A stretch of DNA of 63,962 nt, filler included, from Nemertoderma westbladi (GCA_032718475.1; 3 parts of 3 records of this genome joined end to end with filler, not necessarily neighbours in it), one strand, 5' to 3'. Positions 1 through 13,807 are shown, numbered from the whole stretch's first letter. Translations and numbers: made by a program. The notes: generated by a model from the sequence alone, not told the origin.

Positions 1-20
1 TTTGGTGCCCAAAAGAGAGA

Positions 21-2269
21 ATTGTGTAACAAAGAACGTCTGATATTGTGTAACAAAGAACGTCTGATATTGTGTAACAAAGAACGTCTGATATTGTGTA
101 ACAAGTAACGGCTGATATTGTGTAACAAAGAACGTCTGATATTGTGTAACAAAGAACGTCTGATATTGTGTAACAAAGAACGTCTGATATTGTGTAACAA
201 AGAACGTCTGATATTGTGTAACAAAGAACGTCTGATATTGTGTAACAAAGAACGTCTGATATTGTGTAACAAGTAACGTCTGATATTGTGTAACAAAGAA
301 CGTCTGATATTGTGTAACAAGTAACGTCTGATATTGTATAACAAGTAACGTCTGATATTGTGTAACAAAGAACGTCTGATATTGTGTAACAAAGAACGTC
401 TGATATTGTGTAACAAAGAACGTCTGATATTGTGTAACAAGTAACGGCTGATATTGTGTAACAAAGAACGTCTGATATTGTGTAACAAAGAACGTCTGAT
501 ATTGTGTAACAAAGAACGTCTGATATTGTGTAACAAGTAACGGCTGATATTGTGTAACAAAGAACGTCTGATATTGTGTAACAAAGAACGTCTGATATTG
601 TGTAACAAGTAACGTCTGATATTGTGTAACAAAGAACGTCTGATATTGTGTAACAAAGAACGTCTGATATTGTGTAACAAAGAACGTCTGATATTGTGTA
701 ACAAAGAACGTCTGATATTGTGTAACAAAGAACGTCTGATATTGTGTAACAAAGAACGTCTGATATTGTGTAACAAGTAACGGCTGATATTGTGTAACAA
801 AGAACGTCTGATATTGTGTAACAAAGAACGTCTGATATTGTGTAACAAGTAACGTCTGATATTGTGTAACAAAGAACGTCTGATATTGTGTAACAAAGAA
901 CGTCTGATATTGTGTAACAAAGAACGTCTGATATTGTGTAACAAAGAACGTCTGATATTGTGTAACAAAGAACGTCTGATATTGTGTAACAAAGAACGTC
1001 TGATATTGTGTAACAAGTAACGTCTGATATTGTGTAACAAAGAACGTCTGATATTGTGTAACAAAGAACGTCTGATATTGTGTAACAAAGAACGTCTGAT
1101 ATTGTGTAACAAAGAACGTCTGATATTGTGTAACAAAGAACGTCTGATATTGTGTAACAAAGAACGTCTGATATTGTGTAACAAAGAACGTCTGATATTG
1201 TGTAACAAAGAACGTCTGATATTGTGTAACAAAGAACGTCTGATATTGTGTAACAAAGAACGTCTGATATTGTGTAACAAGTAACGGCTGATATTGTGTA
1301 ACAAAGAACGTCTGATATTGTGTAACAAAGAACGTCTGATATTGTGTAACAAGTAACGGCTGATATTGTGTAACAAAGAACGTCTGATATTGTGTAACAA
1401 AGAACGTCTGATATTGTGTAACAAAGAACGTCTGATATTGTGTAACAAAGAACGTCTGATATTGTGTAACAAAGAACGTCTGATATTGTGTAACAAAGTA
1501 ACGTCTGATATTGTGTAACAAAGAACGGCTGATATTGTGTAACAAAGAACGTCTGATATTGTGTAACAAGTAACGGCTGATATTGTGTAACAAAGAACGT
1601 CTGATATTGTGTAACAAAGAACGTCTGATATTGTGTAACAAGTAACGTCTGATATTGTGTAACAAAGTAACGTCTGATATTGTGTAACAAAGTAACGTCT
1701 GATATTGTGTAACAAAGAACGTCTGATATTGTGTAACAAAGAACGTCTGATATTGTGTAACAAAGAACGTCTGATATTGTGTAACAAAGAACGTCTGATA
1801 TTGTGTAACAAGTAACGTCTGATATTGTGTAACAAAGTAACGTCTGATATTGTGTAACAAAGTAACGTCTGATATTGTGTAACAAAGAACGTCTGATATT
1901 GTGTAACAAAGAACGTCTGATATTGTGTAACAAAGAACGTCTGATATTGTGTAACAAAGAACGTCTGATATTGTGTAACAAGTAACGGCTGATATTGTGT
2001 AACAAAGTAACGTCTGATATTGTGTAACAAAGTAACGTCTGATATTGTGTAACAAGTAACGTCTGATATTGTGTAACAAAGTAACGTCTGATATTGTGTA
2101 ACAAAGTAACGTCTGATATTGTGTAACAAAGAACGTCTGATATTGTGTAACAAAGAACGTCTGATATTGTGTAACAAAGAACGTCTGATATTGTGTAACA
2201 AAGAACGTCTGATATTGTGTAACAAAGAACGTCTGATATTGTGTAACAAAGAACGTCTGATATTGTGTA
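21..2269. repeat. 24-bp tandem satellite (ATTGTGTAACAAAGAACGTCTGAT), about 93 copies
   Basis: Head-to-tail units with AAGTAACG and 25-bp AAAGTAACG variants; ends on a poly-C run at 2270. Confidence 0.98.
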
Positions 2270-2355
2270 CCCCCCCCCCCCCCCCCCCTATCTGTAATTT
2301 TTGGAAAAGAGCTGGTTACAGTGGTAGATTATTCTAACCAAAAACAATAAACAAG

Positions 2356-2617
2356 AGTCAATGGCAGCAGTCAATGGCAGCAGTCAATGGCAGCAGTCAG
2401 TGGCAGCAGTCAGTGGCAGCAGTCAGTGGCAGCAGTCAGTGGCAGCAGTCAGTGACAGCAGTCAATGGCAGCAGTCAGTGGCAGCAGTCAATGGCAGCAG
2501 TCAATGTCAGCAGTCAATGGCAGCAGTCAATGGCAGCAGTCAGTGGCAGCAGTCAGTGGCAGCAGTCAATGGCAGCAGTCAGTGGCAGCAGTCAATGGCA
2601 GCAGTCAATGGCAGCAG
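2356..2617. repeat. 13-bp minisatellite (GGCAGCAGTCA[A/G]T), about 20 copies
   Basis: Direct tandem units visible in the sequence. Confidence 0.95.
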
Positions 2618-2785
2618 TACTGTATATTTGCAGTTTAATTAGCCCGTCTGGTATATGCGTTGATTTTCCACTGAGGAGGGGAGAGGATTTTCATTTTGTT
2701 TTTTAAGAGTCACAACCCCATCCAATCTAATTTTTATATCAATTACATTCACATTTAATTAACACCATGATGCATTCTATTTCAG

Positions 2786-3798
2786 CTTTGTCGCTAGTAT
2801 TCCGGATTCATACGAGCTGCAACCAGGAAATATCCGACAAAAGTGTAGCCGACTGTGTGGAGGCCCTAATCGGTTGTTACTGGAGATGCTGCGGGGAGGA
2901 TGCGGCAATGCTGCTGATGAACTGGTTCGACCTAGGGATTCCGTTGAGGCTGTCGCGAGATTGCACGGAGTTCATCTGGCGACACACCAACGAAGACTAC
3001 CGGTTAGACAAGATTCAGAACTTGTACTTCAACGATTGTAGACCTATTTATGAGTTTGAAGACAAAATCGGCTACGAATTTCGTCAAAAGGCTTTTATTA
3101 TTGAGGCCTTAACTCATCCGAGTTATCGCTTGAACAAAATTACGAGTAGCTATGAAAGATTGGAATTTCTTGGGGATTCGCTACTAGATTATTTGCTGAC
3201 TAAACACATATATGAAACCGGAGATCAGAATCTCAACCCAGGACAGTTGACAGACCTGCGTTCGTCCTTGGTTAACAATGAATTGTTTGCGAAACTCGCT
3301 TGTCGCAATGATTTTAATAAATATATCATGTATGTATCAGATCTTTTGCACAGGGATATCGAGGCGTTTGGTAATCGAGCTGATATTTTTACCTTTGATG
3401 ATGATGGTGTTGAACTCTTTGATATGGAAGAGATAGTGGCTCCTAAGCCACTCGGTGATGTATGGGAGTCGGTAGCTGGTGCCATCTACGTGGATTCGGG
3501 GTTGAAGCTCGATGTTGTTTGGAATGTATATTTTAAATTAATGGAGAAAGTCATAAAGAAACATATGAAGCACATTCCAGTGAATCCAGTGAGAAAATTA
3601 TGGGAATCATTCCCAGGTAAAGACAAGATCAATTTCTCTAGCATTAAGTCAACAGAAGAAGTCGGGGTTTATAGCTGTTTGCTGACCATAAACGATCCTA
3701 AAGACGGCAAAACGTTAAAGTTTGAAGGAGAAGGTCGAAATATGAAATCGGCTAAAGCTGTGGCGGCTAAGCGGGCTGTCAATCATCTGAAGTTATGA
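2786..3798 (+). CDS. Dicer: Dicer terminal coding exon (end of RNase IIIa, RNase IIIb, dsRBD)
   Basis: SDKSVADCVEALIG (RIIIa C-terminal motif), ALTHPSY, YERLEFLGD, PGQLTDLRSSLVNN, PKPLGDVWESVAGAIYVDSG, dsRBD ending GEGRNMKSAKAVAAKRA. Acceptor tctatttcAG ends at 2785; stop TGA ends at 3798. Confidence 0.95.
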
Positions 3799-4139
3799 AT
3801 ATAATGAAGATCCAGTACGCCTATAGACTCAAACAAAACTATTAAAACACTCCATATAAACATTTACAATTAATGTAGTGTAGGCCTAATGTAGCCTACG
3901 CCTCATCGCGAAGCGGTAAATGGCACTAGTTGTAAAAATATTCCATATACTTAAAATATTAGAAAACCAAATTAAAATATAATAAATTCTAATAATAATA
4001 AAATAAATGAAGAATAAAATAAATTGAGGTGCCTAATAATGTACAATTTATAGTAATAAATAGTAGTTCTAGAACTAGAATGCATGGTATATCTATTTAC
4101 ATCATCAACATTACATAATAAAAAATCATTGTTTTACTT

Positions 4140-4460
4140 GTCAAGCAAATTGGAGGCGGCTCCAGTCAAGTGTCAAGTTTTGGGGGCTAATATGAGGCAC
4201 CTCCATCTACAATGCTGTAGTATAAGGTATGTATTGCTGCTCTAAATAATCTGACCTGTGTGACTTTCAAATCCTGGAATACCTATTCAAGGAATACCTA
4301 TTCATGCCTTTCTTTCCCTTACGCATTCGAAGGTCCTCACCTGACTTCCGAATCCTTTATCCCAGGTAACAGAAGTCGTCCACATGATCAAGCATACCAT
4401 CCTTTGAGCTTATGCTCATACGATCAGATCGCTGCCCATGCCTTCCTCTTATCCATTTAC
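4140..4460 (-). mobile_element. RTE-like LINE fragment
   Basis: Minus strand reads DGMLDHVDDFCYLG; DNA similarity to 62308-62400 and 44270-44310. Confidence 0.7.
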
Positions 4461-5304
4461 ATATCTTAAGGTCTTACTAACGTAATCTTACAATAATCTT
4501 ACCATTTTTAGTAAGACCCTAAAGATGAATAGGATTTGACGCGCGTAGTCCTACTAACCTGTATGCTATGGTTCACAAATCCTGGAATAACTATTTAAGT
4601 GCTGCCAATAAAATTAGACTTTTTTGTCGAGCGATATTATCTGGCGAGCGTAGCGAGACAAAGAAGAAAGCAAGACATAAAATGTTACTTTTTGCCACCA
4701 CTTACGCTTTTTATTTGTTATAAGTCTTCTCACTTTTATCTTGGGCTATTTCAGCATAAATATCGTCCACCGAAGCTTCTTCCATAGTTAAAAACGGTCA
4801 TTCATTACTACACCTTGGGTACCGGTACCCATAGTTTGGCCATTTTTTAAACATTTTTTTCATCGAAGCTTATTCCATTAAAAATGGCTTTTATCATGAG
4901 GTTTTTTTTCTAGAATAAATATTTGACCTTCTGACTGTAGGATGGTAGTTTTTTTCCAAAAAATGTTTTAGAAAAAAATGTTTGTTCTTAAATTGTCACT
5001 TTTTCGCTCGAATATACCCCAAAATCGGGAGAAAAAGTTTCACTTTTCCCAAGGGAAAAGAAGTAATCAATAGAAATGCATTGATTTTACTTTTTTTCCC
5101 GGCGAAAAAAGTAAAGTAAAATATTTTTGGTGGAATTTTTTAAATTTTATTACATGAAAGATGCGTGATGAAAGAGCATCGACGTAGAAAAGGTTTGAAA
5201 GTAATTTGAGGAAAATCCATTCACCAATCCAAAAGTAATTGCAACTTTAGTGTCTGCGCGGCGAACTCCAAAACGGAACTCAATATCCAATATTGGTTTA
5301 TGTA

Positions 5305-6102
5305 CCGGGTGTTCCATAATGATTGCCCCCCCCCCCCCCCCCCCTGGCCTGCCAAAACTGCCAGACATGTACCTTAGTGTAATATATCATTCGAAAGATA
5401 ATTTAATTCTGAGCTTGCATGCAAAAATTTAGGGTCCAATACAAAAGTATAAAAATTTGAAAGGTTATTCTTTAAACCTATCTTATTTTTCGTTATTTTT
5501 TATTTAACCATACGCTTTTCTTTACAGTCATCGAAGATTGCACTGGAACTTGTCATTTCAATTACTTCTGTTAGGCCTAATTCAGTAAAATTACCAAGAA
5601 ACACTAATGCCGGTAACTGAATACTTTAATATATTGCAATACAGCAAAAGTCAGGCGGTAATAACTGTTTAAACTGGGTTGCAAATCTGATGACTAAGGC
5701 CGCGTTCACACTACCGAGTCAAAGTCAAAATAAAATAAATATAGTTAGCTAGCAATAATAAATAATAATACATTATATAGGCCTAATATAATACATAAGG
5801 AGATTCTAGAAAAAATTAAATTTCATGTTTTGTGATTTACATTTTGTCTTTGACTCGGTAGTGTGAACGCGGCCTAACGCTGGATAAATTATATTTTTTT
5901 TAAAATTGTGATTAAATCACAAATATTGGAAAGTAAGATAGGTTTAAAGAATTGTCTATAAAAATTTTATACTTTTGTATTGGACCCTAAACTTTTGCAT
6001 GCAAGCTCATAATTAAATTATCTTTCGAATAATATATTACACTAAAGTACATGTCTCGCAGTTTTGGCTGGCCAGGGGGGGGGGGGGGGGGGGGGGGCAA
6101 TC
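5305..6102. mobile_element. Non-autonomous element with long inverted arms, Tc1/mariner-like left end (TA|CCGGGTG)
   Basis: About 5320-5490 is the reverse complement of about 5930-6102; the uninterrupted host repeat is present at 21244-21645. Confidence 0.8.
5698..5874. mobile_element. PIF/Harbinger-type MITE nested in the previous element
   Basis: TIR GGCCGCGTTCACACTACCGAGTCAAAG at both ends; TAA target duplication at 5695-5697 and 5875-5877. Confidence 0.9.
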
Positions 6103-6105
6103 AGT

Positions 6106-6475
6106 TTCTAGTTACTAACAAATATTCGAGAACACTAAATTATTTAACATTGAGTACGGCAGCATCAGGAGTTGAAGAGTACAATAATTGGAATCGCAGT
6201 AACTATGGAAGCAATATAGTAAAATACTATATTCAATTTATTTTGTAACACAACTGTACTGTAGTATATCGCTATGTTTTATTACAGAATTTAGCAACAA
6301 AAAAGTACCAATTTAAGAATAAAATTACGTATTACATGGGAAAAAAAACGTAGAACATTTTTTTTTCAATATTCTCTCGACCCTTTATTAACCTCGCTGA
6401 CGCTCGGTAAATAAAATGTCTCGAGAATAATGAAAAAAGTTCTACTTTTTTTCCCATGTAATAAATAATTATTTC
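6106..6475. repeat. Dispersed repeat with a long hairpin centred on CTCGCTGACGCTCG
   Basis: Second copy at 21244-21645; palindromic arms at about 6331-6462. Confidence 0.85.
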
Positions 6476-7243
6476 TATATTTATTAAAATTGATAACTAA
6501 CACGTGTTCTATAACATTTATAAAAAAATTAGCAAAAACTAGCTACTATAAAAAATCAATTTCATGGAAATTAATTTGAAATTTAATTCAACATTAGTTT
6601 TTTTGTAGATTTTGTCAAACTTGTTAACGCCGTTGACAAAAAAGTGACTTACAACAAATAAAATTATATTTCACGAGAACTGCCTAAATGCGAAATTACT
6701 AAATAAGAAGGTTTTCAATTGTCTTCAAAATTTTACAATAATAATATACAATAATGTACTGCTTAGGGGGCCACGGCTCGGTAGAATAGCGTAGGGGCCT
6801 TGAAAATGTTAAGGAGTTCTTATCTGACCAGGAAGGCCTAGCTACATTATTATGCCTTCCCAAAGTCCCGGTGTAGAGTTGTGTAATTCTTTCCACCAAT
6901 CTCGACATTCAACAGCATTCGTTTATTTTTACCATTCTATTTGTCTATAATGGAATTAAAAGTTACAAGTAAATTATTGTACTTTGGGACGATTAATGGT
7001 GGGGGTCGGGGGCCCCTTAATCACAGACGATGTCCCGCAAGGATGTCACGGCGACAGACTTAGCTGAACGCTGTGGTCTCATCCAGTGAACCGTAACACT
7101 GTCTCGCCCAATCAGACGGACACTTTGTACTTCCATTACAAGTGATTCGTGGCATCAGATTATTTCTCATAGGATTTCCTCAACAAAATAAGATTTAGTC
7201 GCAATTTCGATGGAAATTAGAATCTTAGTTGTGAATCGAACTG

Positions 7244-9843
7244 TTAAATATTAATTATATATTCCATGTGGTGACATCGAACTGCGCGGTTAAATATTAA
7301 TTATATATTCCATGTGGTGACATCGAACTGCGCGGTTAAATATTAATTATATATTCCATGTGGTGACATCGAACTGCGCAGTTAAATATTAATTATATAT
7401 TCCATGTGGTGACATCGAACTGCGCAGTTAAATATTAATTATATATTCCATGTGGTGACATCGAACTGCGCGGTTAAATATTAATTATATATTCCATGTG
7501 GTGACATCGAACTGCGCAGTTAAATATTAATTATATATTCCATGTGGTGACATCGAACTGCGCGGTTAAATATTAATTATATATTCCATGTGGTGACATC
7601 GAACTGCGCAGTTAAATATTAATTATATATTCCATGTGGTGACATCGAACTGCGCGGTTAAATATTAATTATATATTCCATGTGGTGACATCGAACTGCG
7701 CAGTTAAATATTAATTATATATTCCATGTGGTGACATCGAACTGCGCGGTTAAATATTAATTATATATTCCATGTGGTGACATCGAACTGCGCGGTTAAA
7801 TATTAATTATATATTCCATGTGGTGACATCGAACTGCGCAGTTAAATATTAATTATATATTCCATGTGGTGACATCGAACTGCGCGGTTAAATATTAATT
7901 ATATATTCCATGTGGTGACATCGAACTGCGCGGTTAAATATTAATTATATATTCCATGTGGTGACATCGAACTGCGCGGTTAAATATTAATTATATATTC
8001 CATGTGGTGACATCGCACTGCGCGGTTAAATATTAATTATATATTCCATGTGGTGACATCGAACTGCGCGGTTAAATATTAATTATATATTCCATGTGGT
8101 GACATCGAACTGCGCGGTTAAATATTAATTATATATTCCATGTGGTGACATCGAACTGCGCGGTTAAATATTAATTATATATTCCATGTGGTGACATCGA
8201 ACTGCGCGGTTAAATATTAATTATATATTCCATGTGGTGACATCGAACTGCGCGGTTAAATATTAATTATATATTCCATGTGGTGACATCGAACTGCGCG
8301 GTTAAATATTAATTATATATTCCATGTGGTGACATCGCACTGCGCGGTTAAATATTAATTATATATTCCATGTGGTGACATCGAACTGCGCGGTTAAATA
8401 TTAATTATATATTCCATGTGGTGACATCGAACTGCGCGGTTAAATATTAATTATATATTCCATGTGGTGACATCGAACTGCGCGGTTAAATATTAATTAT
8501 ATATTCCATGTGGTGACATCGAACTGCGCGGTTAAATATTAATTATATATTCCATGTGGTGACATCGAACTGCGCGGTTAAATATTAATTATATATTCCA
8601 TGTGGTGACATCGAACTGCGCGGTTAAATATTAATTATATATTCCATGTGGTGACATCGAACTGCGCGGTTAAATATTAATTATATATTCCATGTGGTGA
8701 CATCGAACTGCGCGGTTAAATATTAATTATATATTCCATGTGGTGACATCGAACTGCGCGGTTAAATATTAATTATATATTCCATGTGGTGACATCGAAC
8801 TGCGCGGTTAAATATTAATTATATATTCCATGTGGTGACATCGAACTGCGCGGTTAAATATTAATTATATATTCCATGTGGTGACATCGCACTGCGCGGT
8901 TAAATATTAATTATATATTCCATGTGGTGACATCGAACTGCGCGGTTAAATATTAATTATATATTCCATGTGGTGACATCGAACTGCGCGGTTAAATATT
9001 AATTATATATTCCATGTGGTGACATCGAACTGCGCGGTTAAATATTAATTATATATTCCATGTGGTGACATCGAACTGCGCGGTTAAATATTAATTATAT
9101 ATTCCATGTGGTGACATCGAACTGCGCGGTTAAATATTAATTATATATTCCATGTGGTGACATCGAACTGCGCGGTTAAATATTAATTATATATTCCATG
9201 TGGTGACATCGCACTGCGCGGTTAAATATTAATTATATATTCCATGTGGTGACATCGCACTGCGCGGTTAAATATTAATTATATATTCCATGTGGTGACA
9301 TCGCACTGCGCGGTTAAATATTAATTATATATTCCATGTGGTGACATCGAACTGCGCGGTTAAATATTAATTATATATTCCATGTGGTGACATCGCACTG
9401 CGCGGTTAAATATTAATTATATATTCCATGTGGTGACATCGAACTGCGCGGTTAAATATTAATTATATATTCCATGTGGTGACATCGCACTGCGCGGTTA
9501 AATATTAATTATATATTCCATGTGGTGACATCGCACTGCGCGGTTAAATATTAATTATATATTCCATGTGGTGACATCGCACTGCGCGGTTAAATATTAA
9601 TTATATATTCCATGTGGTGACATCGAACTGCGCGGTTAAATATTAATTATATATTCCATGTGGTGACATCGCACTGCGCGGTTAAATATTAATTATATAT
9701 TCCATGTGGTGACATCGCACTGCGCGGTTAAATATTAATTATATATTCCATGTGGTGACATCGAACTGCGCGGTTAAATATTAATTATATATTCCATGTG
9801 GTGACATCGAACTGCGCGGTTAAATATTAATTATATATTCCAT
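7244..9843. repeat. 46-bp tandem satellite (GTTAAATATTAATTATATATTCCATGTGGTGACATCGAACTGCGCG), about 56 copies
   Basis: Near-perfect tandem units with two SNP variants, followed by (ATT)n. Confidence 0.98.
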
Positions 9844-10941
9844 ATTATTATTATTATTATTATTATTATGTATAATAATCAATAATAATTATTTATAAAC
9901 CGCCCTTTTCTGCTTTTCTTTTAAAGACAATTAAGTGAAACGCACAGGAAATATAACTTTACAGAATAAATTATTTGAGTTATTTAAAGGCTATCGAATA
10001 AATAAACCATTTAAATCATTAAATTGATAATACGGCAAATAAATCAGAAGGTTTCCAAGTGTGGACATCACGGTTATTGAATGATTTAGATTAAAATGAT
10101 ACAGTAGAGCGTTTTGGTTATAAGTTGGTTAATTACAGTATAGTTGATTGGAAAGAAATAAAAATATTTTCTGATTTTGAACCATTTCTATACAGAATCC
10201 CCATTCCACCACGGACCCGATGTGCTGGGTGAGTAACTGGTGGATAGAGTGAGTGTTCAACCTTGGGTGTATAATATAATACCTTACAGGTAACAACAGC
10301 GTTCAGATATAGTCAATTTTATTTAATTTTTGTAAGTTCATTCACCTGTTAGATTTAGGTGCATAACTGCAGTTCGAAATGTTGAGACTTACCAAGTCGA
10401 TTGTGGCCAACGACAACATAAATCAACCCACAACATTTTAATTCCGAGGAATATTTCCAGTAAGGAGATTTCGGGTTTATTATCGGGTGACGTGCACCGC
10501 ACCCACTATAATAGAAAACATAACAAGATTCTATTTAAATAGATAAAATATTATATTTTAATCAATAAGCATTGCATCGATGACGTTCCTAAATCCCGTA
10601 CGATTTTTATCAAATGGCCGGCAGTGATCGAATAAATTGTAAAATATCAATTATTTATTTTTATAAATATGAGGTAAATCCTGGATTTTGTTACAATCAT
10701 TGTTACAACAAATTTTTGAGCTTTGGGACCATGTGGCATAAGAAGTAGAAAAATTATAATTAACAAAATGAAGGTCAATTAATCAGACCATCAAAGTTGG
10801 ATTCAAAACAAAAAGAAAAAACGGACTTCCACAATCCCCCCCGGATAGCCGCCGCTCTTTACAATCACTGCCCTCCAAATGATAAAAACCGCAGAATAAT
10901 TAATCAATAAATGTTACTTAAATAGGTTTGGCTCATAACTT

Positions 10942-12818
10942 CTAGCTGTACAGTTTCACTAGGTATTTACAGGCTCTGGAGATCTCCTTGACTTCCTTCG
11001 TATTCACCACGGTGTATTTAAACTCCTTGAGTTGGTCGTCGTTGAGACAAAAGGAACCCGATTCGTTGCGTCTCGGCACCGAATCCATGGCAACGCAGAA
11101 CTTACCCCCGTACAACTCCTTATTGGTCAGGAGAATTTCACTGATAACATCGGCGACATCGCCGGTCACGTAGGAAGGCAGATAGAAGATGAGAGCGACA
11201 ATCATCTCCTTGATAAGGTCGACTAGGACCACGTTAAGGGCCGCGGCGACGCCCGCTTGCACCGGGGGCCCCAGTTCCCGTTCCCTCCCCGAGTGGATAA
11301 AATCCCGCCAGAACCGGAGAACCGACTCGTTCGCCTCTTTGTGCTCGATCGTTACCGCGCAGACAGCGGCCCGCAGGAAGGCCGGCAACGCGGGGCACGC
11401 CAGCAGCGCGTCGGGGCACTTCTGCACGAACCGGTTGGCCAGTCGACACATATCGTCCACGGTCTCGGGATTCTCTCGGCAGCCTTCGCGCGTCGACATC
11501 TGCAGCAGGGCCGGCTCTATGAGCGCGTTCAGCAGCTGCGTGAGTCCCTGCTTGCAGTAGGACTCGGCTCCGAACTCGTCGACGAGGATGGAGGCCATGT
11601 AGAGGCAACACGAGTGACTCCGCGAGGTGAATACCTCGACGATTAGGGCCGCGATGTTCTCGAGGAAGGGAGCGGCTTGCAGCTGCAGACAGCGGACGAT
11701 GAAACGGACCACTCGGAAGCAACGCTCCACCATGCGCTCGTTGTCGCGGAAACGGAGACACGCGGCCGACACAACAGGCCAAACGACGCGCGCGGCCTCG
11801 AGGCACGGATGCGGGGACTCCGAGACTGACACCGAGACGAAACGGAAGACCGCGGCGAGACGATCGAACCAGATCGCGGGATCAACGGACGGCAGGGGAT
11901 CCGTGGAGAGGAACATCTGGATGGAGTGTAACTGTAGGTTACACAAGGTAACGGTCCACTCGGCCACGTTGGAGACCGGCGTTACGGAGAGCAGCTGTAA
12001 CGCGGCGCGTAACAGATCGATCTGGGCCTCGGGGGAGATGTTGGAGTTGTCGAGTTGCTGTACCATGGCGAGCAGTTCCGGGAAGTGTTGGGAGACGGCC
12101 TCTTTGGAGCAGCGCTCGTAGATGGCCTGTATGGCGCTGGCCGCGGGCACCGCGAGTTTATCCTGGACAAGCGCCTCCGTTAGGTGGCGCAACACGTGGC
12201 CAACGCGCGCCGGATGCCGCGCCAACCATCGGCGCAGGTCGCGCAGCAGCTGCACGCAGGTCTCCCGGATGCACACGTGGGTCTCGGGGGTCCCCATCGC
12301 GAGGACGTCGGTGAGCGCGGCGTCCACGACCAGCTCGTCGTCGCTTTGGATCTCCTCCACAACGGCGGACATAAAGAAGAGCGTCGCCTCCACAGCGACC
12401 CACCCGCCGACGCCGGCGGCCGCTCTCAGCCGGCTGTGCATCGTAGCGAACACCTCCGGGGCCCCGAGGATGAACAAGGATTCGGCGACGAGATCGGTGA
12501 CCTTCTCTCGGAAGTCGTAGAACTCGTCGTCCTCGTCGAGAGGCGCGTCGGTCTCGGGGTCCAACTCGACGTGCTTGGCGAGTCCCTCGTACAACCGGAC
12601 GAAGTAGGGCTTAAACGGCTCGATGAGTCGGCGATCTTCGGATATGATGCCGGCTAGACGACTCCACACGTCAAAGGTTCGCTCCACCAGGTCGTAGTCG
12701 GTGTGACCCACACACACGGCGACCAGATCCAACTCCTTTAGGGAGCACGTCGGGTCGCTCTGTTTCGAGTAAACTAACAGTTGGAGGAAGGCTTCCGCGC
12801 AGTCCACGAAGATTTTAC
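10942..12818 (-). CDS. TNPO3: Transportin-3 (TRN-SR) exon 2
   Basis: HEAT-type helical protein (FYDFREKVTDL, WVAVEATLFFMSAV, HSCCLYMASILVDEFG, ENPETVDDMCRL). Acceptor tttgcAG at 12820-12819 joins exon 1 in frame to give DKSVDYC-KIFVDCAEAFL. Confidence 0.95.
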
Positions 12819-12884
12819 CTGCAAACGGATTAATTTACTTTGTTTCAAATGAATGATTTGAATTGTTTCAAAAAGCAAAACAAA

Positions 12885-13075
12885 CAATCGGCTGAGCCAG
12901 GGGGCGACCCTAAAGCTCATCTTTCGATAGGTGCTACCCGAGGGTTGGGGTAGGCGCTACTCCTATCCCATGTTTTGCTCCCAGTAATTTAACTGGTCCC
13001 CATTATCAACCCAGTGGATAAACGGCTGAGTGGAGATTAATTGAATTTCTAATGGGTCTGAACTGAACCTTCTAT
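12885..13075 (-). mobile_element. Degenerate SINE in the TNPO3 intron
   Basis: Minus strand CTCAGCCGTTTATCC..GGTTGATAATGGGGACCAG core and GAGTAGCGCCTACCCCAACCCTCGGGTAG tail resemble invertebrate SINE bodies recalled from memory. Confidence 0.45.
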
Positions 13076-13807
13076 CCATGAATGAAATATCAACTAATAG
13101 ATCAACTCTAGAGATTTTAAACTCCTGATTTCACACAACATATATATTGGATTTGAAATGTTGGCTCTTCTCAGCCATCTGCCTAGATACCCCCCTAACT
13201 AACCTATACTACCCCTCTCCCGTAATTCGATTACCGAATTACTAAATAAGCATTTTGGAGTTTGTTTTACTGGTTGTGGCAGATCTGTTAGCCGCCCCCC
13301 CCCCCCCCCCCCCCACTCAACTCTTTGGCTTTCCATCCCCACTAGGGTGGTTCATATTTCAAAAATTTTTAAATTTCAGCTGGGTTCATGTTCTAATTTG
13401 TTCCAAATTGCATAAAAACACGTTTGATAACTTCAAAATGTGTTGGAGTTTCCGGGAACTACACCCACCGTGGCATCATAGTAGCTGCTTGAGCCGTCGC
13501 CCGGTCCCACATAAAATGTAATCGTGGGACTAGTTCTTGTCATTGTTAGGAAAAAAGGTATACATTTTCGCTACAGAATTGCCGTTGAACCCAACTGAAA
13601 ATGTTAGTATTAAATTCTTTGACATGTCCACGTCACACAGTTCCCGCCCTTGCCGCAAGTGAGTCATATTCCCCATTTTTGTGATGATCAACTTCTAATA
13701 TTCCTACCACATGGATATTATGCTCATTAGCACCGCAATGACCGATTTAGTTGGTGTAGACACCTTCAAATCAAGCCTAGAGCGAATAGTTTTTGAGATA
13801 TTGCAGA

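Noticed and set aside
1030-2706. ORFs CNKERLIL(n) and AAVNGSSQWQQS(n)
   Set aside because: Translations of satellites.
21-9843. 24-bp and 46-bp arrays as CRISPR arrays near an RNase III gene
   Set aside because: Units are contiguous with no unique spacers, there are no cas genes, and the context is eukaryotic.
10988-12657. Many overlapping ORFs around TNPO3 exon 2
   Set aside because: Shadow frames of a GC-rich CDS.
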